A stretch of 64,000 nt of DNA from Collinsella sp. (GTDB lineage: Bacteria; Actinomycetota; Coriobacteriia; Coriobacteriales; Coriobacteriaceae), in NCBI GenBank assembly GCA_019414515.1, contig DXLX01000036.1:49438-113437 (forward strand), read 5' to 3'. Of this stretch, positions 45,250-53,698 are shown in pieces. Position 1 is the stretch's first letter. Every line of letters starts with the position of its first letter. A program made the position numbers and the translations under genes. The notes under the pieces are model-generated. The model did not search any database. It was not told the DNA's origin and saw nothing but the letters and a program-made list of their open reading frames with translations.

Positions 45250-45326
45250 TGGTAGCGGTGACTGGATTCGAACCAGTGACGCCACGGGTATGAACCGTGT
45301 GCTCTAACCAACTGAGCTACACCGCC
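45250..45326 (-). tRNA. tRNA-Met (CAT), elongator-like; tRNA-Ile2 not excluded
   Basis: 77 nt, anticodon loop TTCATAC, T-loop TTCGAAT, encoded CCA. Lacks the initiator signature (three G-C pairs in the anticodon stem). Confidence 0.85.
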
Positions 45327-45329
45327 GGA

Positions 45330-45405
45330 TGGAGCCTGCAACCAGACTTGAACTGGTGACCTCTTCGTTACCAACGAAGTGCTCTACCGACTGAGCTATA
45401 CAGGC
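45330..45405 (-). tRNA. tRNA-Thr (GGT)
   Basis: 76 nt, anticodon loop TTGGTAA, acceptor GCCTGTA/TGCAGGC, encoded CCA. Confidence 0.9.
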
Positions 45406-45415
45406 ACTTGACGGG

Positions 45416-45497
45416 TGGGAGCTATAGGATTCGAACCTATGTAGGCAGAGCCAACGGGTTTACAGCCCGTCCCCATTAACCACTCGGGCAAACTCCC
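45416..45497 (-). tRNA. tRNA-Tyr (GTA)
   Basis: 82 nt with a long variable arm, anticodon loop CTGTAAA, acceptor GGGAGTT/AGCTCCC. CCA not fully encoded. Confidence 0.9.
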
Positions 45498-45559
45498 AAT
45501 CGTTCAAGTATCCGCAGGTCCTTTGGTCTTTTGGACCGCCGCCCCCGCGAACGAAGAAG

Positions 45560-45589
45560 ATAATACGATGCCACCTTGGGGGCTGTCAA
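45560..45589 (-). promoter_or_regulatory. candidate promoter of the tRNA(Tyr-Thr-Met)-tuf operon
   Basis: Minus strand TTGACA-18 nt-TATTAT, about 55 nt upstream of tRNA-Tyr. Confidence 0.5.
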
Positions 45590-45809
45590 CGAAAACCTCT
45601 AGATACACGGTGCCGGGCGTATCTATATAGCCGTGACCTGCGGTTTTATTGAGTTTGGATATGAAGGACAGTGGTTTTGGATACTGAGGTGACGTTTCCC
45701 AAGGTAACACTTTGCTGTAGTGGAGTACACCTTCAGTATCGAACTTCGATACCAGCTTATTTGCACCTATATATAGGTCGAGATCGGGGCTTCCACGCCA
45801 CGATCGAGC

Positions 45810-45865
45810 GTGGATTATCTCCCACTTTTAGCGCGGCTCTAAGGCCAAAGTGGCAGATTATCCAC
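45810..45865. repeat. 19-nt-arm inverted repeat carrying TTATCCAC-like motifs
   Basis: GTGGATTATCTCCCACTTT-18 nt-AAAGTGGCAGATTATCCAC, 17/19 complementary. Just beyond the rpiR stop. Confidence 0.5.
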
Positions 45866-45900
45866 GTTCATTCCCAGGCGAGAGAACTGTAAAGCCGCAA

Positions 45901-46773
45901 CTACTCGGGCCAGGCCAAAGTAGACCCATAAAGCGGCTCCCCCTTGGTGCAGGGGTAGCGACTCAAGTAACACGACGATAGCAAGTCGAAAAAATAAGTC
46001 GTGGCGTATTTCGAATAAACGCCGAGTCGGTCAATTCCGTTTCCCGCATTACCAAGACGATATACACGGTCAAAAGACCTCGATTTGTCATCGTTGCTAA
46101 ACGCAGTAATTAGAATCTTCCTGCCCGAACGGCAATCAAGATACTCACGCGCCTGTGACGCAAATAGCCCGGAGACCGATACGAGAATTATCAATGACTG
46201 CGAAGCGTCTCCCATGTTTTTCAATTCCGCGACGTTAGCCCCAGCAACTATGCGAACTATCTTGCCCGCATAAAACATTTCCTGCTGAAATCGTACGAGA
46301 TTGGCGCTCACATTATTGGTGCACCAGATTTCAACGTTTTTATGGCCATCAATTTCGTCGACAAGATGCTTAATAGCGATATCGGACACGCCGCTTTCAA
46401 CCTCAGCGAACATCTCGATCATGCGAACGTCGAGCTCTGCCCTGTACTCCTCGTAGCCAAATTCCTCCTCTCGATGGCTTAAGTCGCTTGGAAAGACTGA
46501 CTGAGTAAATGATTCTTTCAAATCGCTAAGAGACTGGTAGCCCAATCGATTGCAGAAACGACGAACAGCGGAACGAGTCACGAATGCATCGTGGGTTATT
46601 GCGGCAACATTGATTTCGCTCGAACGCCTAATGTGAGCGATGAGATATCGGGCGATGGCGGCATCGTTTGACCCAAACTCGCTGTTGATGATGGAGCTAA
46701 TGCGATTGAGCACATCGAAGTCATTGATATTCACGTGATCCCTCTTTCCGCTCTCCTCGAAATCATGGTTCAT
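45901..46773 (-). CDS. MurR/RpiR family transcriptional regulator
   Basis: 290 aa; N-terminal HTH_6-like region (IARYLIAHIRRSSEINVAAITHDAFVTRSAVRRFCNRLGY) and a C-terminal SIS-like domain. Divergent from the glucosidase-PTS genes. Confidence 0.8.
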   Translation of the reverse strand: MNHDFEESGKRDHVNINDFDVLNRISSIINSEFGSNDAAIARYLIAHIRRSSEINVAAITHDAFVTRSAVRRFCNRLGYQSLSDLKESFTQSVFPSDLSHREEEFGYEEYRAELDVRMIEMFAEVESGVSDIAIKHLVDEIDGHKNVEIWCTNNVSANLVRFQQEMFYAGKIVRIVAGANVAELKNMGDASQSLIILVSVSGLFASQAREYLDCRSGRKILITAFSNDDKSRSFDRVYRLGNAGNGIDRLGVYSKYATTYFFDLLSSCYLSRYPCTKGEPLYGSTLAWPE

Positions 46774-46887
46774 TTATTGAATCAAACAGCTTTGGTCGTT
46801 CTCCTATGATTCAAATCAGTTGACGTCATCTTAATCATAATTCCGCCACACGTATCCACCGTGTTTTGAGTGATGGAAAGGGGATTC

Positions 46888-48306
46888 ATGGGCAACGTGA
46901 ACAACATGCCGTTTCTCTGGGGTTCCGCCACGGCGTCTTATCAGTGCGAGGGTGCCTGGAACGAAGACGGCAAAGGCCTTGGTGAGTGGGATTTCTTTAG
47001 CCACACAAGCAATAAGAACATCAACCATGTTGACGGTGATGTATCTTGCGACTTCTACCATCGCTATGAAGAAGATATCCGCATGATGAAAGAAGGCGGA
47101 CAAAACACCTATCGCTTCTCTCTTTCATGGAGTCGAATCATCCCCACGGGTATCGGCGAAGTGAATGAAGAGGGTATCGATTTTTATAATCGGGTCATTG
47201 ATTGCTGCCTCGAAAATGGCATAGAGCCCAACGTTACGCTGTTCCATTACGATCTGCCATTCACGCTTGCTTGCAAAGGCGGATGGCTGAACAACGACAT
47301 GGCAGAGTGGTTCTGCAAATACGCCAAGATTTGCTTTGAGCGCTTTGGAGACCGCGTCAAAATCTGGGCTACCGTTAACGAGCCGCATTTCTACAGCTAC
47401 TGCGTAAACATGTTGGGCAACTATCCCCCCAATCGATCGCTCGATGTTCAGTCGTACATGCAGTTTCAGTACAACCTGATGCGCGCAAGCGCACTCGCAG
47501 TCCGAGCATATCGTCAAATGGGCTACGACGGCATCATCGGCGCCGTCCACGATGGCGGCGTTGTCGAACTCGACCCGGCAACCGAGCACCCTGATGACGT
47601 ATTTCGATACGCAGACTTTTTCGCCAATCGCATGATTCTGGCACCAGCGCTTCAGGGTCAACTGCCGCCAGAAATGGACGAAATCCTTGAAAAACTTGGC
47701 GTCTCGCTCTATCGATCCCCAAATGACGTAAAAGAATTCAGAGACGGTAAAGTCGATTTTATTGGACTCAACGTGTATTGCCGAGAGTATGTAACCGACT
47801 GGCACGGTGGAGAGCTTGCCGTTTCGGCGAACAATAAGGGCAGTTCGAGCAAAAGGGTCGAAGGAAAATGCATTGCGCCCTTGTTTGAAAGCGCCCGCGA
47901 CAGCAATGTTCCCCGCAATAAATGGGGCCGCGAAATACTCCCAAGTTGCATGTATTCAACCATCATGGATGTCCACGAGCGCTATGACGCGCCCCGCATC
48001 TTTATTACGGAAAACGGACATGGCGCCTATGAGCAACCAGACACAGACGGAATGATCCACGATGATGACCGCATCGAGCTTCTGGGCCAGTTCATCGAGC
48101 ACATGATGAGGGCTAAGCGCGACGGCGCGCGCGTTGAGGGTTACTACCTCTGGTCGACGATGGATCTGTATAGCTGGATCAACGGCTACGAAAAACGATA
48201 CGGACTTGTCCATATCGACTTCGAGAACAATCTGGAGCGCACCCCCAAAAAGAGCTGGTATTGGTACCGAGACCTTATCTCGAAGTATCAAGAGCAGGAA
48301 GGTTAG
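46888..48306 (+). CDS. GH1 6-phospho-beta-glucosidase
   Basis: ORF 46870..48306. FLWGSATASYQCEG, acid/base TVNEP and nucleophile ITENG motifs. Start uncertain (46870/46873/46888; 46888 follows GGAAAGGGG). Confidence 0.85.
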   Translation: MGNVNNMPFLWGSATASYQCEGAWNEDGKGLGEWDFFSHTSNKNINHVDGDVSCDFYHRYEEDIRMMKEGGQNTYRFSLSWSRIIPTGIGEVNEEGIDFYNRVIDCCLENGIEPNVTLFHYDLPFTLACKGGWLNNDMAEWFCKYAKICFERFGDRVKIWATVNEPHFYSYCVNMLGNYPPNRSLDVQSYMQFQYNLMRASALAVRAYRQMGYDGIIGAVHDGGVVELDPATEHPDDVFRYADFFANRMILAPALQGQLPPEMDEILEKLGVSLYRSPNDVKEFRDGKVDFIGLNVYCREYVTDWHGGELAVSANNKGSSSKRVEGKCIAPLFESARDSNVPRNKWGREILPSCMYSTIMDVHERYDAPRIFITENGHGAYEQPDTDGMIHDDDRIELLGQFIEHMMRAKRDGARVEGYYLWSTMDLYSWINGYEKRYGLVHIDFENNLERTPKKSWYWYRDLISKYQEQEG

Positions 48307-48315
48307 GAGAAAGAG

Positions 48316-49716
48316 ATGAAATATCAGGCAATGTCCGAAACAGTCCTAAAGGCTGTTGGCGGCAAAGAGAACATTACATCGGTAACTCATTGTGCGACAC
48401 GCCTTCGCATCGACGCACGAGACACCTCGATCATCGATCTCCAGCTCGCCAAATCGGCCGATCAGGCGCTCGGGGCAGTAGTCAGCGGTGGCCAGCTTCA
48501 GGTGATCATCGGCCCCAACGTCACCGAGGCTTACAACGACTTCCTCGACTTCGCGGGAATCGAAGTCGGCGGTGGCACGGTTGCCGACGATGCCCAAACC
48601 GCCAAAGACCTTGCAGAAGGCATTAAAAGCGGTAACACCGCCATGGGCTTGATTGAGAAATTCGGGAACGTCTCTGCACAGGTATTCATGCCCATCGTCC
48701 CGGCGCTCATCGTTGGCGGACTCATTCTTTCGATCAAGAATCTCCTGGTCAATTATTGCGGATTAAGCACCGATAGCGGAACCGCCCAGGTCCTGTTGGC
48801 GATCTTTAGCGCTTCGTTTAGCTTCTTGCCCGTTTATCTTGGTTATCAGCTCGCAGCCGTCATGAAGATGCAGCCCATCATGGGCGCATTGCTGGGCGCG
48901 ATCATGATCAGCTCGTCCATTAGCGGTGCCGAGGGTCTCGACTTTCTTGGTATCCCCATCCCGACGAACGACTATTCGAGTACGGTAGTGCCCATCGTAC
49001 TGGGCGTTGTGTTCATGTACTTTGTCGACCGCAGCCTTCAGAAGATCATTCCCGACGTTACCAAACTGTTCTTGAAGCCGCTGCTCACCATGATCATCGT
49101 CGTGCCCGTCGAGCTGATTATCCTTGGCCCCGCCGGCAGCATGATGGGCTACGCGCTGAGTGATGCCGTCACGTGGCTTATGGACAACGTGGCATTTATC
49201 GCTACTCCGATCCTGGCAGCCCTTAACCCCTATTTCGTCATGCTCGGTCTCGATAAGGCTTACATCGCAATCGAAGTTACGAGCCTGGCGCAGCTCGGTT
49301 GGGCACCCATTATCTTTGGATTCATCTCGAACCTCTGCATTGGCGGCACGAGCCTCGCCCTGGCAACTGCCATGAAGGGAAACAAGGAGAAGAAGGGTAT
49401 GGTCACCACGGTTGCCGTTACCGCACTCTGTGGCGTAACCGAGCCCGCGTTCTACGGTTGCCTCATCGAGCGTCCCCGCCTGCTTGTCGGCACGGCAATC
49501 GGCGCGCTCTGCGCTGGACTCCCTGCAGGCATCTTTGTTCTGAAAGAGTATGTTGCGGGAGCATGCCCCGGCCTTCTTTCGGCACTCATCTTTATCGCTC
49601 CCGATGGGTCCATGGGCAACTTCGTGCTGGCATGCGTTGTCGCCATCATCGCCATCGTCGTCTCTTTCATCGCTGCACGCGTAATCATCAAGAAGAACCC
49701 CAGCTATATTGAGTAG
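48316..49716 (+). CDS. PTS beta-glucoside/sucrose-family EIIBC component (no EIIA domain)
   Basis: N-terminal EIIB with the ITSVTHCATRLR cysteine motif, then a polytopic EIIC. Confidence 0.85.
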   Translation: MKYQAMSETVLKAVGGKENITSVTHCATRLRIDARDTSIIDLQLAKSADQALGAVVSGGQLQVIIGPNVTEAYNDFLDFAGIEVGGGTVADDAQTAKDLAEGIKSGNTAMGLIEKFGNVSAQVFMPIVPALIVGGLILSIKNLLVNYCGLSTDSGTAQVLLAIFSASFSFLPVYLGYQLAAVMKMQPIMGALLGAIMISSSISGAEGLDFLGIPIPTNDYSSTVVPIVLGVVFMYFVDRSLQKIIPDVTKLFLKPLLTMIIVVPVELIILGPAGSMMGYALSDAVTWLMDNVAFIATPILAALNPYFVMLGLDKAYIAIEVTSLAQLGWAPIIFGFISNLCIGGTSLALATAMKGNKEKKGMVTTVAVTALCGVTEPAFYGCLIERPRLLVGTAIGALCAGLPAGIFVLKEYVAGACPGLLSALIFIAPDGSMGNFVLACVVAIIAIVVSFIAARVIIKKNPSYIE

Positions 49717-49817
49717 ATGCCCGCTGTTTGCATTGGGGACATCCTCGGCAGACCATTAGCAAGAACCCAAGAAGTCCCTTAGGAGCTCGATTAATCCATT
49801 CGGATTCCTGAGGCACA

Positions 49818-49858
49818 AACGACCCCGATTCCACAATGAAATCGGGGTCGTTGTTTCT
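49818..49858 (+). terminator. intrinsic terminator after the PTS gene
   Basis: 13-bp stem AACGACCCCGATT / AATCGGGGTCGTT followed by GTTTCT. Confidence 0.8.
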
Positions 49859-50008
49859 AAAGCCGTCGATAGACAATCGGTGTTTACCTTAGCTCCCTAT
49901 CCAAGTTAATTATCCACGCTCGTTCTCCGGTCGGGAGATTTTCTTCGCTCGCGTGTCCAGAAATCCACGCTCGAGCAGGACATCCAGGTCCGCGCCCGCC
50001 CTTGTCTC

Positions 50009-50135
50009 GATCTGTAACAGCAAGAGGCCTATTCCGCTTCTACATGTTACAGATCAAGAAATTCCTAAAACACCCTAAGTTTCATCTCAATCTGTAACAG
50101 TTAGATGCCAAATATCGGTCTTGGTGTTACAGATT
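50009..50135. repeat. twin 11-25-11 inverted repeats, 80 nt apart
   Basis: GATCTGTAACA-25 nt-TGTTACAGATC (50009-50055) and AATCTGTAACA-25 nt-TGTTACAGATT (50089-50135). Arms conserved, spacers unrelated. Confidence 0.7.
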
Positions 50136-50200
50136 TAGACAAACTGGAGGACGAGACAAACCAAAAACGGGATGGGCGCTAACCCGATGGCGCACCACCT

Positions 50201-50240
50201 AAATAGAAACGGGCCCTGTCCCATATAGAGACAGAGCCCG
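50201..50240 (-). terminator. terminator hairpin after tRNA-Thr(TGT)
   Basis: Stem CGGGCCCTGTC / GACAGAGCCCG followed by TTTCTATTT on the minus strand. Confidence 0.6.
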
Positions 50241-50249
50241 AAACTCTCA

Positions 50250-50324
50250 TGGAGCCAGTGACAGGAATCGAACCTGCAACCCACTGATTACAAATCAGTT
50301 GCGCTACCGTTGCGCCACACTGGC
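50250..50324 (-). tRNA. tRNA-Thr (TGT)
   Basis: 75 nt; acceptor GCCAGTG/CACTGGC, anticodon stem ACTGA/TCAGT, loop TTTGTAA, T-loop TTCGATT, encoded CCA. Confidence 0.85.
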
Positions 50325-50477
50325 ACACTTGGCGCTTTCACGCGAAGCGAGTTAAGAATAAAGGAATTGCGGACGGGGCGCAACAGGCCGCACGGCGTTA
50401 TACAAATATGCAAAATCCAGCAACAACGCGTACCAGGCCCGTTCATTTCTGTCAGTGCGCCCTCAATCTTAAAACCA

Positions 50478-50538
50478 TTCGCCAGAACGAATAGTTTTAA
50501 TTACAATTGCTATATATAAAACTATTCGTTCTGGCGAA
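50478..50538. promoter_or_regulatory. perfect palindrome (22-bp arms, 17-nt AT-rich spacer) immediately upstream of the HTH-HipA gene
   Basis: TTCGCCAGAACGAATAGTTTTA-ATTACAATTGCTATATA-TAAAACTATTCGTTCTGGCGAA. The right arm ends 10 nt before the ATG and overlaps the GAAGGG RBS-like purine run. Confidence 0.6.
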
Positions 50539-50548
50539 GGGTTTCGCG

Positions 50549-51889
50549 ATGCTTACTACCAAAGAAGCCGCCGAGCTGCTCGGCATCACTCCGCGCAGGG
50601 TGCAGGAGCTCATAAAAAACGGAGCACTTGAGGCCCGCAAGGCTTCTGGTGTATGGCTCATCGACAAAGACAGCGTCGACACGCGACTCCGCTCTGTGAC
50701 CAAAACGGGGGGACGTCCCCGCCGCGGCCACGGTAAGAGCGAGATCGCGTTCACCCTCATGAACCGCACGTACGAAGTCGCTCAGCTGGTCTACAGTACA
50801 TCGCGAAAAGACTTTACCCACATCGGTGCCGACATCGATTACGCCCACGCCCCTATTGGAGTATTTGGCCCTAATAGCCCCATATCGCTAGACTCCTTCC
50901 GCATCTGGTGGCGCGGCCGCGGTATCCCGCTCGCACGCATTGGGCTAGCCTCCCTGCTTGCAGAAGCCGCAGTCGATGTTCCCGATGAACTCGTCCAGCG
51001 AAATCTCGGCCTCTCCTTATCCGACCAGTATTGGATTAGGCCCCAAGGTTCCGGTCTCACCTGGGAGGATATCAACTTCTTCAATAACGCCTTTGATGAC
51101 GTCTCGCTGTCCATTGCACCCTTTGCCCCAGAGGGAAAAGCGGCTGCCGCAAAGCCCGATAACACCTCGGACGGCAATCTTCAAAAGTACTGGACGTGCG
51201 AGGGCGAACGTCGAATTCTGCATAAGGCAGGAGCGCACCTGGACCAGGAACCTTATAACGAGCTGGTGGCGACCGCGCTCCACCGTCGCATCCTAAACGC
51301 CTGCGATTATGTGCCTTACTCGCTCGAGGGCACGGGCACTTCCGCCCTGAGCACATGCGATGTCTTCTTAACTGATGAAGAAGAGTATGTCCCTGCGTTC
51401 TATGTAAACCAGCACGCAAACGCAGATGAACGGCTAACCGACTACGAGCGATATGTAGCAAACTGCGAGGAGCTCGGGGTGACAGGCGTCAAGGATGCCC
51501 TTGACCGCATGATCGTATGTGACGACATCATTGCCAACTACGATCGTCATTGGCGCAACTTCGGCCTCGTGCGAAACGTAAACACGCAAGCTTGCAGACC
51601 TGCCCCCATCTTCGATTCGGGCTCATCGCTCTGGTGCAACATATCACTAGAGGAGCTTAGGGCGGGAGAGCACAGTTTTACCAGCGCACAATTTCATTCA
51701 AGCCCCGCCAAACAAATGTTGCTCGTCGAGGACATGGGCTGGTTTGACTGCGACAAACTCGAAGGCTTCGTTGACGAGGCAATCGAGATTCTTTCCAGAA
51801 ACGACGCGCTCACGGCAAGGCTGCCATATCTAAAAGAGGCGCTAACGTGGCGCCTCGAAAGAATGATCGACATCGCTGAATGGAGTTAG
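50549..51889 (+). CDS. HipA-family Ser/Thr kinase with fused N-terminal excisionase/MerR-type HTH (HipH/YjjJ-like architecture)
   Basis: ORF trimmed to Met15. HTH MLTTKEAAELLGITPRRVQELIKNGALEARK, then SLSDQYWI and the catalytic-loop motif NYDRHWRNFGL (D-x-H-x-x-N). No adjacent antitoxin ORF. Confidence 0.7.
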   Translation: MLTTKEAAELLGITPRRVQELIKNGALEARKASGVWLIDKDSVDTRLRSVTKTGGRPRRGHGKSEIAFTLMNRTYEVAQLVYSTSRKDFTHIGADIDYAHAPIGVFGPNSPISLDSFRIWWRGRGIPLARIGLASLLAEAAVDVPDELVQRNLGLSLSDQYWIRPQGSGLTWEDINFFNNAFDDVSLSIAPFAPEGKAAAAKPDNTSDGNLQKYWTCEGERRILHKAGAHLDQEPYNELVATALHRRILNACDYVPYSLEGTGTSALSTCDVFLTDEEEYVPAFYVNQHANADERLTDYERYVANCEELGVTGVKDALDRMIVCDDIIANYDRHWRNFGLVRNVNTQACRPAPIFDSGSSLWCNISLEELRAGEHSFTSAQFHSSPAKQMLLVEDMGWFDCDKLEGFVDEAIEILSRNDALTARLPYLKEALTWRLERMIDIAEWS

Positions 51890-51916
51890 CGAGGCAGCAT
51901 TGCCCCGCCAACTTCC

Positions 51917-52594
51917 CTACCTCCCGCGCAGGGCCTTGAGCTTGGCCAGGGCATCGGGGCTCAGGCGACTGCCCAGAGTCATCTTGATTTGTGGAGCTTC
52001 CTCGGCCTCGTGCACGTCGTTGTCGATCTGTTTGATCTCGTCCACCAGCATACGGCTCGAGATGCGCGTGACGCCCTTGCCCATGACGACGGCCTGGATC
52101 GTGCCGTCGCTCGACACTACAGAACACGCGCGGCCTTCCTCGCGCGCCTCGATGCAGAGCTTCTGCACCACGGTATCGGCCGAAACACCCGTCGGCGAAA
52201 ACTCAATGCGCACACCGCGGGCCGGTAGGTTGGGGCGCTCGCTGGAGATATTGCCCGCGCCGTCAAATACGATCACGGCCTCGTAGCGGCCCTGGGCAAA
52301 CGCAGCTACGTCATTAATGAGCGCCGTGCGCGCCATATCGTGAACGTCGCTGGAATACGGATCGTCGGAATGGTCGTACACGAGCTTTTCGTAGCGCGGC
52401 GTGCAGTGGATCACGTTGTAACCGTCGACCACCAGCAGCTCGGGCTTGTTGGAGTGCACCGTCGAGACTGGGTCGGCGATAGCCTGCGCAAACGCATTGC
52501 CGCCCACGCCATAGGTCGCGGCCGAAACAATCGGCTTGGCCGAGCCCTCGCCAAAGCGCTTGGCCTTGGACTTGGCACGGTTCTTTTTGGACAT
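51917..52594 (-). CDS. yacP: NYN-domain ribonuclease YacP/Rae1-like
   Basis: 225 aa; LLVVDGYNVIH motif. Canonical position after rlmB. Confidence 0.75.
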   Translation of the reverse strand: MSKKNRAKSKAKRFGEGSAKPIVSAATYGVGGNAFAQAIADPVSTVHSNKPELLVVDGYNVIHCTPRYEKLVYDHSDDPYSSDVHDMARTALINDVAAFAQGRYEAVIVFDGAGNISSERPNLPARGVRIEFSPTGVSADTVVQKLCIEAREEGRACSVVSSDGTIQAVVMGKGVTRISSRMLVDEIKQIDNDVHEAEEAPQIKMTLGSRLSPDALAKLKALRGR

Positions 52595-52597
52595 GCG

Positions 52598-53512
52598 CTA
52601 CTCCTCCCCCATCAGCTCGCCGGCGTTGCGGCGCAGCCACTCAAAGCACAGCGCCGTGGTCGCCTGGGCAACATTGAGGCTCTCGGTCATACCGCGCTGG
52701 GGAAGCTTGGTCAAAAAGTCGCATTTCTCGAGCACCAGACGCGAGATGCCGTCGCCCTCGGAGCCCATGACGAGCGCCACGCGGCCCTCGAAAGGAGCAT
52801 CCCAGCAACTGCCTTCGGCGTGCTCGGAAGCACCGCCCACCCAAAAACCAGCGGCCTTAAAATCGTCGAGCGCACGGGCGATATTGGGAACCTGCGCGAT
52901 AGGCAGATGCATGACGGCACCGGCTGAGGTCTTATAGCTGCCCACGGTCACGCCGGCGGCACGCTTATTGGCAATGACGACGCCCGCCGCGCCCACAACC
53001 TCGGCGGAGCGCACGATGGCGCCAAAGTTGCCGTCGTCAGTCACGTGGTCGAGCACCACGACAAGTGCCGGGCCCTCGCCTGCGCGGTCGAGAATATCGG
53101 CGACATCGGCATAGGGGAAGTTGCCAACCTCGAGCGCGATGCCCTGGTGAGCGCCGTGGCTCGACAGTGCGTCGAGCTGCGCGCGCGGCACATACTTAAT
53201 GCGGACACCCACGGCGTTGAGGTCGTCGACCAGGCGCGACAAGGCGGCATCGCGCTCCCCGCCCTCGGCAATGAGCGCGCACTTGATGGGAAAACCAGTG
53301 CGCAGCGCCTCGGCGGCTGCACGACGACCTTCGATAAACTCGCCCTTGGGAGCCTGGACAGCGTCGCGGTTGCGATCGCGCTGCGGACGTGCGGCCTGGG
53401 TGCGATCGCGCTGGCCCTTGGGAGCGGCAGCGCGGTCATTGCGGCGAATCGGACGCGAGCCAGAAGCAGCCTGCTTGCCGCCACGAGGCGCACGCTTGCG
53501 ATTGTCGGCCAT
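52598..53512 (-). CDS. rlmB: 23S rRNA (guanosine-2'-O)-methyltransferase, SpoU/TrmH family, Arg-rich N-terminal tail
   Basis: ORF trimmed to Met8 (AGGAGG RBS). SpoU C-terminal motifs (LVMGSEGDGIS, ESLNVAQA). Confidence 0.85.
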   Translation of the reverse strand: MADNRKRAPRGGKQAASGSRPIRRNDRAAAPKGQRDRTQAARPQRDRNRDAVQAPKGEFIEGRRAAAEALRTGFPIKCALIAEGGERDAALSRLVDDLNAVGVRIKYVPRAQLDALSSHGAHQGIALEVGNFPYADVADILDRAGEGPALVVVLDHVTDDGNFGAIVRSAEVVGAAGVVIANKRAAGVTVGSYKTSAGAVMHLPIAQVPNIARALDDFKAAGFWVGGASEHAEGSCWDAPFEGRVALVMGSEGDGISRLVLEKCDFLTKLPQRGMTESLNVAQATTALCFEWLRRNAGELMGEE

Positions 53513-53698
53513 AAAGTGACCTCCTAAATACAACTATCAAACGAAACAAAATAAACGACCGCCCATGAATATTAATTCGGGCGGTCGGTACGGGTTTTCC
53601 AAGTGCCCGAGATTGCCGTGAAAGAGGAGCGACGCGTACTTGAGTACGCGAGCGACGGTTTGAACGGCAAGGTCGGGTGCTTGGGAAACCCGCGGGGA

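Noticed and set aside
45806-49974. TTATCCAC-like motifs as DnaA boxes or a replication origin
   Set aside because: There are only four scattered copies, all ending in G rather than A. No dnaA/dnaN, AT-rich unwinding element or box cluster is present. The motifs instead flank a sugar cassette.
50009-50135. Integron attC sites
   Set aside because: The arms only loosely resemble RYYYAAC/GTTRRRY. The units are shorter than typical attC sites, and no intI gene, attI site or promoterless cassette ORFs are present.
49717-51916. Integrated mobile element or prophage remnant at tRNA-Thr(TGT)
   Set aside because: No integrase, excisionase-only ORF, transposase or phage genes are present, and no duplicated tRNA 3' end was found. 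Only a single kinase gene and repeats are here, so it is reported as a small islet rather than a mobile element.
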